Positions 9,698 through 18,163 of a stretch of DNA of 30,942 bases are shown here, piece by piece. The notes under the pieces were generated by a model that ran no database searches, was not told where the DNA came from, and saw only the letters and a program-made list of their open reading frames with translations. How positions within the stretch are numbered: the stretch's first letter is position 1; each line of letters begins with the position of its first letter. This DNA is from Candidatus Micrarchaeota archaeon (GTDB taxonomy: Archaea; B1Sed10-29; WALL01; WAMD01): NCBI GenBank assembly GCA_964652335.1, contig CAZZDL010000009.1, forward strand, positions 1-30,942. Direction: 5' to 3'. The position numbers and the translations under genes are program-made.

Positions 9698-9999
9698 TTT
9701 TTCTTACCTTTCTTCTTGCTCTCCTTCTTTTCTTCAACCTTTGCCACTTTAAGTAATGTCTTAAACTCATTCTCTATCGTCTCCACTGTTTTCTTTAAAG
9801 CATTCCATGGAGAACCTCTCTTCGTCTTGATATACAATTTTGCGTGACCTAACAATGGGTGCTCCTTATCATAAACAGCAAACTCAACATTTGGGTCCTG
9901 AAGAAGTGCCCAAGAGAGCAAAGCTGGGAAACTGTGCTCTTCTCCCAAAACCTCTATTTTTAGTTCATTGCCCTTTTCTTCTAGAACATTTATTTTCAT
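9694..9999 (-). CDS. rpoL: DNA-directed RNA polymerase subunit L (Rpo11) with a lysine-rich C-terminal tail
   Basis: MKINVLEEKGNELKIEVLGEEHSFPALLSWALLQDPNVEFAVYDKEHPLLGHAKLYIKT matches the RpoL fold sequence. The track start is TTG 10017; I chose ATG at 9997-9999, which is preceded by AGGAGGG. The tail is VEEKKESKKKGKKK. Confidence 0.8.
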   Translation of the reverse strand: MKINVLEEKGNELKIEVLGEEHSFPALLSWALLQDPNVEFAVYDKEHPLLGHAKLYIKTKRGSPWNALKKTVETIENEFKTLLKVAKVEEKKESKKKGKKK

Positions 10000-10013
10000 A
10001 TTTCTCCCTCCTT

Positions 10014-10592
10014 TCAATGTATGCTCTTCCCATACTCTATTGATAATTTTCTCCTCTCTTCATTACCGCAATTGGGACATATTAACTTTCCTTTCTTGAG
10101 TATCATCGGATGTCTACATTGAGTACAAAACGCTTTCACTACTCCAAGTTCAGAGGACCTTGTAGTTAAAACAACTCCAGTTGGTCTTATTTCAATTATC
10201 TTCACCTTAACAATATCCCCAACTTTAAACTCATCCTTCATACTTTTAACAAATCCTCTCTTGACCTCAGAAACAGGAAGCACATGAGTTAACCCCCTGG
10301 GAAGATAAACAAACTGGCCTTTCTTCATAGGGGATATATCTATGATTGCAACATTATCAGAAACCTGGGCGACCCTTCCGTATGCAACTGCTCCTCTTTT
10401 CATAGGCAACGGAATCCTAGTCAAAACTCTTATCCTAACCTCCCTCTTTTTTATGTCTTTTTCAACATTACCGATATTTGAAGAGTATACATTACCCTCA
10501 TCAAGATAAGTCCCAAATCCTGGAACAAACTCCTCCTCTGTAGCTAAAAATTCACCTGGGACTGCTGGTTCCTCCACAATAATCACTTCCAA
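10014..10592 (-). CDS. csl4: Exosome complex RNA-binding subunit Csl4
   Basis: S1-like domain followed by a C-terminal Zn ribbon (CTQCRHPM...CPNCGNEE). csl4-rpoL adjacency is a conserved archaeal pair. The annotated start is TTG, and the true start is uncertain. Confidence 0.75.
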   Translation of the reverse strand: MEVIIVEEPAVPGEFLATEEEFVPGFGTYLDEGNVYSSNIGNVEKDIKKREVRIRVLTRIPLPMKRGAVAYGRVAQVSDNVAIIDISPMKKGQFVYLPRGLTHVLPVSEVKRGFVKSMKDEFKVGDIVKVKIIEIRPTGVVLTTRSSELGVVKAFCTQCRHPMILKKGKLICPNCGNEERRKLSIEYGKSIH

Positions 10593-10660
10593 AAGAAGTT
10601 ATTTGGCTACTAGTTTTTGTTATGTGTAATATTTAAATCTAGCGTTGTTTTAATAATATT

Positions 10661-11464
10661 ATGTTTGAGTCTTTGCTTAATCCCAAGACAGCTGAAAGGC
10701 GACCATCAGAAGTGTTCTTTCTCGCTATCGCATTAACATTGATCGCTAGCTGGCTGGGAATAGCAGTAGGAAAAGGGGATGAAGTTGGTCACCTAATAGT
10801 AGCGTTCATATGTATAGGTGTAGCACCACTGCTAGTCCACATGATATGGATAGACGAAGTAAAGGGGGAAAAAAGGGTAGGGAACTTCATCTCTAGACAC
10901 TGGCCCACGATACAGGCTTATGGTCTGTTCTTTCTTGGCGTAGTGGTTGGTATATCCATTGTCTATCTCTTACTCCCTGAAAAGCTAGCCTCAACTGTGT
11001 TCTCTCCACAGCTAAACGAGCTTCATGCGATAAGGACTCTAGCCACCGGCAAGGCTGTCTCATCATGTGGATTCACATGCATATTGATAAATAATCTTAC
11101 AGTCTTGTTCTTTGCCTTGGTGTTCTCCTTCCTCCTGGGAGCTGGTGCTGTGTATATAGTCAGCTGGAACGCTAGTATTGTTGGTGTCTTATTGGGAGTT
11201 ATGACCATTGAACTAGCTACAGAGTACGGGGTAAACAGATTTATTGCATATCTAATAGCAATACCTTCTGCCATATTAAAGCTGTTGCCTCATGGAATAT
11301 TTGAGATTCTTGGATATCTAGTCGGTGGGATCGCGGGTGGAATGCTGTCTGCAGCTCTAATAAGAGGAGGGATAAAAAACAAAGAAGTTGTTATGGATAT
11401 TCTCGGAATGATAGGCCTCGCAGTTATATTAATAGTGATAGGAGCAGCAATAGAATCATTATAA
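10661..11464 (+). CDS. DUF95 / SpoIIM-family multi-pass membrane protein
   Basis: 267 aa with 6-7 TM helices. LLPHGIFEILGYLVGG matches the conserved PHGifE box of PF01944. ATG start, with TATA-like atatttaaat upstream. Confidence 0.55.
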   Translation: MFESLLNPKTAERRPSEVFFLAIALTLIASWLGIAVGKGDEVGHLIVAFICIGVAPLLVHMIWIDEVKGEKRVGNFISRHWPTIQAYGLFFLGVVVGISIVYLLLPEKLASTVFSPQLNELHAIRTLATGKAVSSCGFTCILINNLTVLFFALVFSFLLGAGAVYIVSWNASIVGVLLGVMTIELATEYGVNRFIAYLIAIPSAILKLLPHGIFEILGYLVGGIAGGMLSAALIRGGIKNKEVVMDILGMIGLAVILIVIGAAIESL

Positions 11465-11465
11465 A

Positions 11466-11906
11466 TCACAAATTAGTGCCTATGGCAATGGATGTCAATA
11501 CAACAATTAGGGAGAGAATATTCCCTAGAGCGAGACCTAGTACAACTCTTTTTCCTTTCATCCCCAACAGCAACGCCCCTAATGTCCCTGAATACAACCC
11601 ACTGCCTGGAAATGGGATTGCGACAAACAAAGCTAATCCTAGAAGGCCGTACTTATCCACGTACCTCTTTGTCTTGGCTCGGATCCTATTTAGCATGAGA
11701 GAAACTATGTGCACTCTCTCAGAAACAAATGTGACAATAAAGTTAAAGCAGAGGTAAACTACTGGAATTATCAGGAAACTAACCAATGTCGGAAACAAAT
11801 ATCCATCCACAAAACTCACAGAACTCAGATAAGAGTACGCAACCGCTGCTCTGAGCTCTAAACCTGGAGTCAATGCAATTAACGATGGGATAAAATCCAA
11901 ATCCAT
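11466..11906 (-). CDS. Small membrane protein of the COG2426 'putative small multidrug export' family
   Basis: 147 aa with 4 TM helices. PGLELRAAV and AIPFPGSGLYSGTLGALLLGM resemble the Sm_multidrug_ex family. The track start is GTG 11909; the ATG at 11904-11906 overlaps the stomatin stop. Confidence 0.5.
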   Translation of the reverse strand: MDLDFIPSLIALTPGLELRAAVAYSYLSSVSFVDGYLFPTLVSFLIIPVVYLCFNFIVTFVSERVHIVSLMLNRIRAKTKRYVDKYGLLGLALFVAIPFPGSGLYSGTLGALLLGMKGKRVVLGLALGNILSLIVVLTSIAIGTNL

Positions 11907-13000
11907 CACTTCTTTTTCTTTTTCTTGCTGGGTATCCTTTTACTGGTTTTCTTCTTTATAAAGTGCTTCACATGCTTTTTACTGGCTCCAAATTCAGATA
12001 GTTCTTCTTTTTTCTCGCTTCCTTCTTTCTTCTCTTTCTTCTTCTCACTAGATTGTGCTTCCATCTCAGCTTGCATCTGGAATCTCTTAAACTCTTCCTT
12101 TAATTCCCTTTCCACATCTTCATACTTCTTTCCAGTGACTCCCGATATTCTCTCTGCAAGTTTCGTAAGCTCAATTGGGAAGATAATCTTACTAGACCTC
12201 CCTTCTGCCATTTTCTTTAAGGCCTCAAGATACAAGTATTCTATGGCAGGGCCAGTAAGATTCCCAGCCGCTCTTCTGATAGCGTCTATCCTTATAGCAT
12301 TTGCTTCTGCTTCTTCCTTTGCAGCAAGCTTTAATTCCTCAGCCGACCTCTTTCTATGCATAGCCTCCTGAACTTCCTTAGGGAACTCAACTTCCTTTAT
12401 CTCCACCTTTTCTACTTCTATTCCCCATTCTTTAGCTACCTCCCGAAGGCCTTTTCTGAGCTCAGAATTCACTTCATCTATATTTGAAACTACTTCCTCC
12501 ATTGTCATTTTACCTACTACATCCCTAACATGAGCAACCACATAGCTAACAGCAGCGGTTTTGTAATCCTTAACTGTAATAACAGCTTTCACAGGATCCT
12601 TGACCCTGAGATATATTATGGCGTCTATCTTCAGCTTGATTCCATTCTTTGTTATAACGTCTTGCTTAGGGACATCTATTGTCTGAACCCTTATATCCAC
12701 TATCACCGGTTCATCTATAAATGGAATTACAGTCACCCAACCAGGACCATACACTCCCTTCAACTTCCCAAGCCTAAATATAACTGCCCTCTCATATTCT
12801 CTTAGTTCTATAACAAATCTAGGAGACCTGGAGTATATCAAAATGAGTAAACCAAGGAAACCTATTAGGAAAAGTAATTGGTCTATCACCCCTGAAACAA
12901 ATAGTCCTATCAATATCAACAGGCCAACAACCACTACAACCAAGAATGCTACAGCATCTCTGTGATCTGTAGCTTTCTCTTTAAACCTCATGCCTATCAT
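11906..13000 (-). CDS. SPFH/band-7 (stomatin/prohibitin-like) protein with a poly-Lys C-terminus
   Basis: N-terminal TM helix, then a band-7 core (AVIFRLGKL..VTVIPFIDEPVIVDIRVQTIDVP...IDAIIYLRV) and a coiled-coil. It ends KKKKKK. ATG at 12998-13000. Confidence 0.85.
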   Translation of the reverse strand: MIGMRFKEKATDHRDAVAFLVVVVVGLLILIGLFVSGVIDQLLFLIGFLGLLILIYSRSPRFVIELREYERAVIFRLGKLKGVYGPGWVTVIPFIDEPVIVDIRVQTIDVPKQDVITKNGIKLKIDAIIYLRVKDPVKAVITVKDYKTAAVSYVVAHVRDVVGKMTMEEVVSNIDEVNSELRKGLREVAKEWGIEVEKVEIKEVEFPKEVQEAMHRKRSAEELKLAAKEEAEANAIRIDAIRRAAGNLTGPAIEYLYLEALKKMAEGRSSKIIFPIELTKLAERISGVTGKKYEDVERELKEEFKRFQMQAEMEAQSSEKKKEKKEGSEKKEELSEFGASKKHVKHFIKKKTSKRIPSKKKKKK

Positions 13001-13033
13001 ATATTTAAACCTTGGATTACTATATAAAACCTA
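12996..13033. promoter_or_regulatory. Divergent promoter region with two TATA-like boxes (atatttaaac and tatataaaac) serving stomatin (minus strand, leaderless) and the DUF373 gene (plus strand)
   Basis: A 33-42 bp AT-rich spacer lies between divergent ATGs. The spacing of each box to the opposite-side ATG (about 22-30 bp) fits archaeal leaderless initiation. Confidence 0.4.
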
Positions 13034-13042
13034 GTGTTGAAT

Positions 13043-14296
13043 ATGGGGAGAAAGGTTAAAACATTAGTGCTCACAGTAGATAGGGATGACGATCTGGGCA
13101 AAAAGGCTAAGATAAAGGGACCTATAGTTGGGGAAAAGGATTGCTTGAACGCTGCGGAAGCCCTAGCATTAGCAGATCCAACAGACTCTGACGTAAATGC
13201 AATGTTCCAGGCGATAAAAACATTCAAAGAATTGAAAAAATCTGGAGAAAGTGTAGAAGTTGCAATAGTTACAGGACATCCCTCTAGAGGGATAAGATCT
13301 GATAGAGAAGTCAGGAAGCAGGTGGAAGCACTCAAAGACAAACTAGGTTTTGAGGATGTAATCCTAGTAAGCGATGGTGCAGATGATGAACAAATAATTC
13401 CTGTACTCCAATCAGTTGCAAAAATAGCTAATGTACAAACAGTTATAGTCAAGCAAGCTAAGGAAATAGAAAAATCTTACTACGTGATAAAAGAAGTACT
13501 ACGTGACCCACATTTTGCAAGATTGATATTTGGGCTCCCAGGTATAGTGCTGTTGATCTATGCACTAGTTTACCTATTTGGAATAGAAAAATTGTCATTG
13601 AACATAGTCATAGGGCTTACAGGGTTCTATTTGATGATAAAAGGATTCGGAATAGAAGAGGCAACTGTCAAATGGTTCTCTTCATTTAGGAAGACTACAT
13701 CAATAGAAAGGGCTAGTTTCCCAGTATACGTATCCTCATTGCTAATAATCCTCTTGTCCATATGGGCAGGGATAGACTACACCGCACACCTTGGCAGCGT
13801 ATCTCCGATCACTAGCCTAGTCGGCTTCCTAGATGGATGCATTGGGTTACTCACACTAGCTATCTCTCTATTCTTCATAGGTAGAATAATGGACATGTAT
13901 CAGATAGGAGAGGTAGCAAGACTCAGGAAATACTCTAAATCCATATTTACTGCTGTATCTGCGTACTTGATACTAGACACCACGCTAAAGTTCATACTTG
14001 GGATGAGTGGTGCAATAGAAACCGGACCATCATTCCTTGACTTCCTATTTGCATTTGTTCTAGCTATACTTGTTACACTCATTGGATTCTCACTGGTTAA
14101 TCATCTGTACAAGAAAGTTCTACTTAAACATATAAAGAAAGGAATACCAGTTTACAAAGCAGAAGAAGAAATAGGAGTAGTAAGTGGACTAGACACCAAA
14201 AAAGGATTAATAAAAATAAGTTCAAAGGAAGAAGAGAAAAAGATTCCACTGAAGAGAGTTGTAAGACTAACCACATCCTCATTGGAAATATCATAA
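13043..14296 (+). CDS. DUF373-like archaeal membrane protein: an N-terminal soluble domain of about 150 aa followed by a domain of about 7 TM helices
   Basis: MGRKVKTLVLTVDRDDDLGKKAKIKGPIVG is the characteristic DUF373 N-terminus. The track start is GTG 13034; I chose ATG 13043. Confidence 0.55.
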   Translation: MGRKVKTLVLTVDRDDDLGKKAKIKGPIVGEKDCLNAAEALALADPTDSDVNAMFQAIKTFKELKKSGESVEVAIVTGHPSRGIRSDREVRKQVEALKDKLGFEDVILVSDGADDEQIIPVLQSVAKIANVQTVIVKQAKEIEKSYYVIKEVLRDPHFARLIFGLPGIVLLIYALVYLFGIEKLSLNIVIGLTGFYLMIKGFGIEEATVKWFSSFRKTTSIERASFPVYVSSLLIILLSIWAGIDYTAHLGSVSPITSLVGFLDGCIGLLTLAISLFFIGRIMDMYQIGEVARLRKYSKSIFTAVSAYLILDTTLKFILGMSGAIETGPSFLDFLFAFVLAILVTLIGFSLVNHLYKKVLLKHIKKGIPVYKAEEEIGVVSGLDTKKGLIKISSKEEEKKIPLKRVVRLTTSSLEIS

Positions 14297-14305
14297 GTGA
14301 TAGTC

Positions 14306-16306
14306 ATGAAAACTTCATTCGTGATACTTACAGCGATAGTAGCTATATCATTAGCGTTTCCTGTTTTGGCGTTTTCTCATTTGGATGCAGTGGTGGATAT
14401 ATCTGGAAATTTAACAGTTCATGGAGCAGTAAATGAAGTAACCCTAGAGATCGTGATACCTCAAAACACGTCAAATCAGATAGTAACATGTAACGCTAGT
14501 CTCTCTGGAGATGAAATAAAAACTGCAACAATAAGGATAGCAAAACCAAGTTGGACGATTCCTTATTCTGTTGTGTGCAATGTGTCTGTTGATGAAAGGG
14601 AAGTATACACATTGCCAGAGGAATATTCAACTGCTGGTCTAGAAAAATACCTAAAAAGTGGAGACGGAGTAGAAGTGAATGATAAACTCAAGGACCTTGC
14701 AGAAAACATAACAGCAGATGCAAAAAATGATTTTGAGAAAATAGCTATGCTTTCAAACTGGGTTCATAATTACATAAATTACGACGAATCCATGACAGAC
14801 AAATATCTATCCACAAACCAAATATTGGAAGAAAAATCGGGCGTATGTGTAGAATATGCCACTTTACTGGCGTCTCTTACTAGATCACTAGGATACCCAA
14901 CAAGGTTTGTCGGTGGAATGGCATATACAAATGGAACGTTTAGGGGCCATATGTGGGTTGAGGTGTATATAGGAAGATGGGTCGCGTTTGATCCCACATG
15001 GAACCTTGGAGGACGACTGGACGCAGGCCATATAGTATTTTTCAAAAGTGAAAACAGACAGGTGAAGTCAAAGATAAGATACACGTCAAATGGAGGATTT
15101 ATAGAATGGAATACAAACGAATTTGGAAACGTAGAAATTATCTCTAGTGAGGAAAGCGGTGAAAGAATGGAAATAATAAATCCAATAAAAAAGCTTCCAA
15201 TAGGAGAAGAAAGTTTTATCGCAGTCAAGCTGGTGGGAGGATATGAATATGGAGAAATCAATTCAATACCCTGCAATAAGCCAATAAAAGTAATAGACAT
15301 AGACAGAAGCAAACCTTACTACATGTCTCCTGGGTCTGCCCTAGTTGTGTGGAAAATAAAATCGTCAGATGAGCTTGACAATAGTTATGTATATGAATGT
15401 CCCATAGGATTCAAAACTCTCTACGGAGAAAACAGTACAAGGATAACCATTGGAAATGCTGTAAAGCCAGAATTTGATGTGTTAATATCTGATACAAATC
15501 CATCTGTTGGAGAAACGCTAGTTGCGATAATTACTTCTAGGTCAAAGTTAAAATTCACAGGAATAATGGGAAATGAACTTTCATCTGAAACCGGGACCAC
15601 TGCCACCTTAGAATTCAATGTGACAGATGCTAACCCAAAGGAAATAATAGTGACATCCGAAAGGGGGGGTTTATTTACTCAAAAGATAATCCCTAGAAAA
15701 ACAGGAGAAATCAAATCAGTAGAATATCCAACTATAGTAATTGCCGGCAGTGAGGTAACAATAAATGTATCCGCCGATGGAGCTAAGACAGGATCAATAG
15801 AATTAATGACAGATGGAATCAGAATTAGAAAACCGATTAATAACATAGTGCAATTTAAACTGAAATTTGATGATGTGGGAAATCACATTGTGAAAGTGCA
15901 CCTCGTCAGCAATACAGGAGAAGATGAAAAACAGATTAACATCAAAGTAGTTGAAAAACCAAGAATTGCAATATCTGAGCTCAGAATAGAAGGTAACAAT
16001 GTTGTGCTTCTTTTCAACACGACTGGAGATCCGAAAGATATCAAACTGGTAATAGATGGTGAAGAAACACCGTTTAGAGAATTACTTGTAATGAATATGG
16101 AAAATGGATTCCATTACATACTAGTAAACTGGAAAGATTTATCTGGGAAAAGCTACACCTTAGCAAAGAGCTTTACGATAGGTAGTGAAATGAGAGAAAT
16201 AGACGTCTTCCTACTAGTATTCACCCTCCTTCTTGCGATGGCGATAGTATTACTAATAATTGCTATCTTACTGGTTATGGGTAGTATAAGGAAAAGGGCT
16301 CAGTAG
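14306..16306 (+). CDS. Secreted transglutaminase-like (papain-fold Cys-His-Asp) protein with a C-terminal TM anchor
   Basis: Signal peptide MKTSFVILTAIVAISLAFPVLA. TGase-like core: Cys in SGVCVEYATLLASL, His in GHMWVEVY, Asp in FDPT. Downstream are Ig/beta-rich domains, and the C-terminus FLLVFTLLLAMAIVLLIIAILLVMG + RKRAQ. The track start is GTG 14297; ATG 14306 lies 9 nt after the DUF373 stop. Confidence 0.7.
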   Translation: MKTSFVILTAIVAISLAFPVLAFSHLDAVVDISGNLTVHGAVNEVTLEIVIPQNTSNQIVTCNASLSGDEIKTATIRIAKPSWTIPYSVVCNVSVDEREVYTLPEEYSTAGLEKYLKSGDGVEVNDKLKDLAENITADAKNDFEKIAMLSNWVHNYINYDESMTDKYLSTNQILEEKSGVCVEYATLLASLTRSLGYPTRFVGGMAYTNGTFRGHMWVEVYIGRWVAFDPTWNLGGRLDAGHIVFFKSENRQVKSKIRYTSNGGFIEWNTNEFGNVEIISSEESGERMEIINPIKKLPIGEESFIAVKLVGGYEYGEINSIPCNKPIKVIDIDRSKPYYMSPGSALVVWKIKSSDELDNSYVYECPIGFKTLYGENSTRITIGNAVKPEFDVLISDTNPSVGETLVAIITSRSKLKFTGIMGNELSSETGTTATLEFNVTDANPKEIIVTSERGGLFTQKIIPRKTGEIKSVEYPTIVIAGSEVTINVSADGAKTGSIELMTDGIRIRKPINNIVQFKLKFDDVGNHIVKVHLVSNTGEDEKQINIKVVEKPRIAISELRIEGNNVVLLFNTTGDPKDIKLVIDGEETPFRELLVMNMENGFHYILVNWKDLSGKSYTLAKSFTIGSEMREIDVFLLVFTLLLAMAIVLLIIAILLVMGSIRKRAQ

Positions 16307-16324
16307 TTACTCTGGTCATCACCA

Positions 16325-16380
16325 GTCAGACTGGGACGGTTTCATCATGGCCTAGTTGTTTTTACATCATCTCCCTTTTA
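16325..16380. terminator. Candidate bidirectional terminator between the convergent transglutaminase-like and antiporter genes: hairpin CCAGTCAGACTGG followed by T-tracts
   Basis: The palindrome at about 16329-16341 sits in an 86-bp convergent intergenic region, followed by ttgttttta and ctccctttta pyrimidine runs. Confidence 0.3.
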
Positions 16381-16392
16381 ATTCTTTGCATG

Positions 16393-17580
16393 TTAAATCC
16401 GTGAAAAGCCTAATCTTACTAATACTGGGCAAATTAATGTTGTAGCAATAGATACAAAAACTATGCTCGCAAAAATAGGCTCATTTATTATTCCTGTGGA
16501 CAAAGCAATGCTGGAGATAACTAATGTAACACCCCCTCTAGATGTCAGAGCCAGACCTATGGCCAAGCTCTCTTTTTGGCTAAGTTTGGTCAAAATCCCT
16601 CCTATATATGCACCTATTACCTTTGAGAACAAAGCCACTAGGAATAACAGCAATGCAAATACAAACCAGTATCCAATTGCAAGAGATTTAAAATTAGCTA
16701 TCAAACCAATCATAACAAAGAATAATGGAAAGAAAAATGAATCGCCTAGTTGTAGGAAAACCCTCTTTATCTCATACCTATACAGTGGATGAAGCTTTGA
16801 GAACGCCAGCCCAACCAGGAAAACACCAAAACTGGCCTCGTACAAAAACTCTTCAGATAAGAGGGCTGCAAGTGTCAGAAAGACTAAGGTAAGCATAGCA
16901 ATTGTCTGATCTGACGGATATGCAAACCTCTTGTATATCCAAGAACTTAATCTAGGGACTATAAGATACGCAATAAACCAAAAAACTGCTATCAAAGCTA
17001 AGTACACAGATATTCCCTCTAAATCAAAGCCATTAGACTTAAAACCAGATATAATCAAAAATAGTAGTATCAGCCCTATTATGTCATCAACTATAGATGA
17101 TACACTAAATATCTTTGCTGCCCTAGTCCTCCCTTTCTTCATAGCCATGACAGAAGTTAATCCGGGCAAAGAGGTAGATATTGACAAACCCGCAGATAGG
17201 AGAAGAGAAGCTGGAAGTGAAACTCCAACAGCTAATGAAAAAGCTAAGCACAACGCAAATGTAAATATAAGTCCGGACACGCCAATAATCCCTGCCTCTT
17301 TTGAAAAACTGGTAAACTCTTCAAACCTAGACTCCAAGCCGACTAGGAAAACAAGTATCAAACCTCCCATGTTGCCTACGAACAAAAGCCATTGATTTGA
17401 GTAAACATCCGAAATATTTATCAAATTAAGAAAGGACGGTCCAATTATTAACCCGGCTATTAACGCTCCGAGAAGTGAAGGAAGCTTCATCTTCCTAAAT
17501 ATCCATGAAAAGAACAATGCAAGCACTAAAACGACAAAGAAGTTTGCTATCGTTCCAATCATTAAGGAACCATGGATCAT
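16393..17580 (-). CDS. Monovalent cation:proton antiporter (CPA family Na+/H+ exchanger), membrane domain only
   Basis: 395 aa with about 11-12 TM helices. PF00999-like sequence: GALIAGLIIGPSFLNLI... No fused KTN/TrkA domain. It overlaps the upstream CBS gene by 4 nt (ATGA). Confidence 0.75.
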   Translation of the reverse strand: MIHGSLMIGTIANFFVVLVLALFFSWIFRKMKLPSLLGALIAGLIIGPSFLNLINISDVYSNQWLLFVGNMGGLILVFLVGLESRFEEFTSFSKEAGIIGVSGLIFTFALCLAFSLAVGVSLPASLLLSAGLSISTSLPGLTSVMAMKKGRTRAAKIFSVSSIVDDIIGLILLFLIISGFKSNGFDLEGISVYLALIAVFWFIAYLIVPRLSSWIYKRFAYPSDQTIAMLTLVFLTLAALLSEEFLYEASFGVFLVGLAFSKLHPLYRYEIKRVFLQLGDSFFFPLFFVMIGLIANFKSLAIGYWFVFALLLFLVALFSKVIGAYIGGILTKLSQKESLAIGLALTSRGGVTLVISSIALSTGIINEPIFASIVFVSIATTLICPVLVRLGFSRI

Positions 17581-18113
17581 TTTTTCTTACCCCCATCTAA
17601 GTTCCACGCAGCTTTTAGCAGCTCAAGTAGAGTAAGATCTCCTATTATCCTGCCCTGATTGTCCACCACAGGTACTTCTGTTAAGCCATGCTGTATCATT
17701 AGATTGTACGCCCTCCTAAGTGAATGAGACAAGTCTACGCACACTGCTTCTCTCATTATGTCCTCTGCCTTCTCTGAGAATGCATACCTCTCAAGGAATT
17801 CCCTATCAAATAATATGGATGGGCTTCCAGAGTTAATAGTGTCAGGATCATGAGCAATGGTTGCTTGAAGAAGATCCCATATTGTTATAACACCCATCAA
17901 CCGCTGATCCTCATCAACGACGTATGCAGACATTGTCCTTGGCTCTGACAAAATGGCTTTGACCACATCCTCCAATGAATCTGAAGGTCTAACAATCGCA
18001 AGCCCTCTTGAACCCTCAGTTATCAAATTATAAGCCTGTATAACTGCTTTATCTACGTCTATATTCTGTGCTAACAACAATTCCTTTTTTCTATTAGGAA
18101 CTAGCTCTTTCAT
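17577..18113 (-). CDS. CBS-domain pair protein, a probable regulator of the downstream antiporter
   Basis: 178 aa with two CBS motifs (VVDEDQRLMGVITIWDLL; VVDNQGRIIGDLTLLELL). It is translationally coupled to the antiporter. Confidence 0.7.
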   Translation of the reverse strand: MKELVPNRKKELLLAQNIDVDKAVIQAYNLITEGSRGLAIVRPSDSLEDVVKAILSEPRTMSAYVVDEDQRLMGVITIWDLLQATIAHDPDTINSGSPSILFDREFLERYAFSEKAEDIMREAVCVDLSHSLRRAYNLMIQHGLTEVPVVDNQGRIIGDLTLLELLKAAWNLDGGKKK

Positions 18114-18163
18114 ACATGGAGTTACGAAAAGGAGAATTAAAAATTGATGGGTTTAGAAAGGGT

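Noticed and set aside
11925-12371. 148-aa Ser/Phe-rich ORF, and similar long antisense ORFs (for example 12997-13452, 14779-15312, 16463-16792, 16931-17395, 21962-22303, 25197-25652, 28555-29022)
   Set aside because: Each is fully embedded antisense in a gene with clear family signatures, and all have low-complexity, protein-unlike composition.
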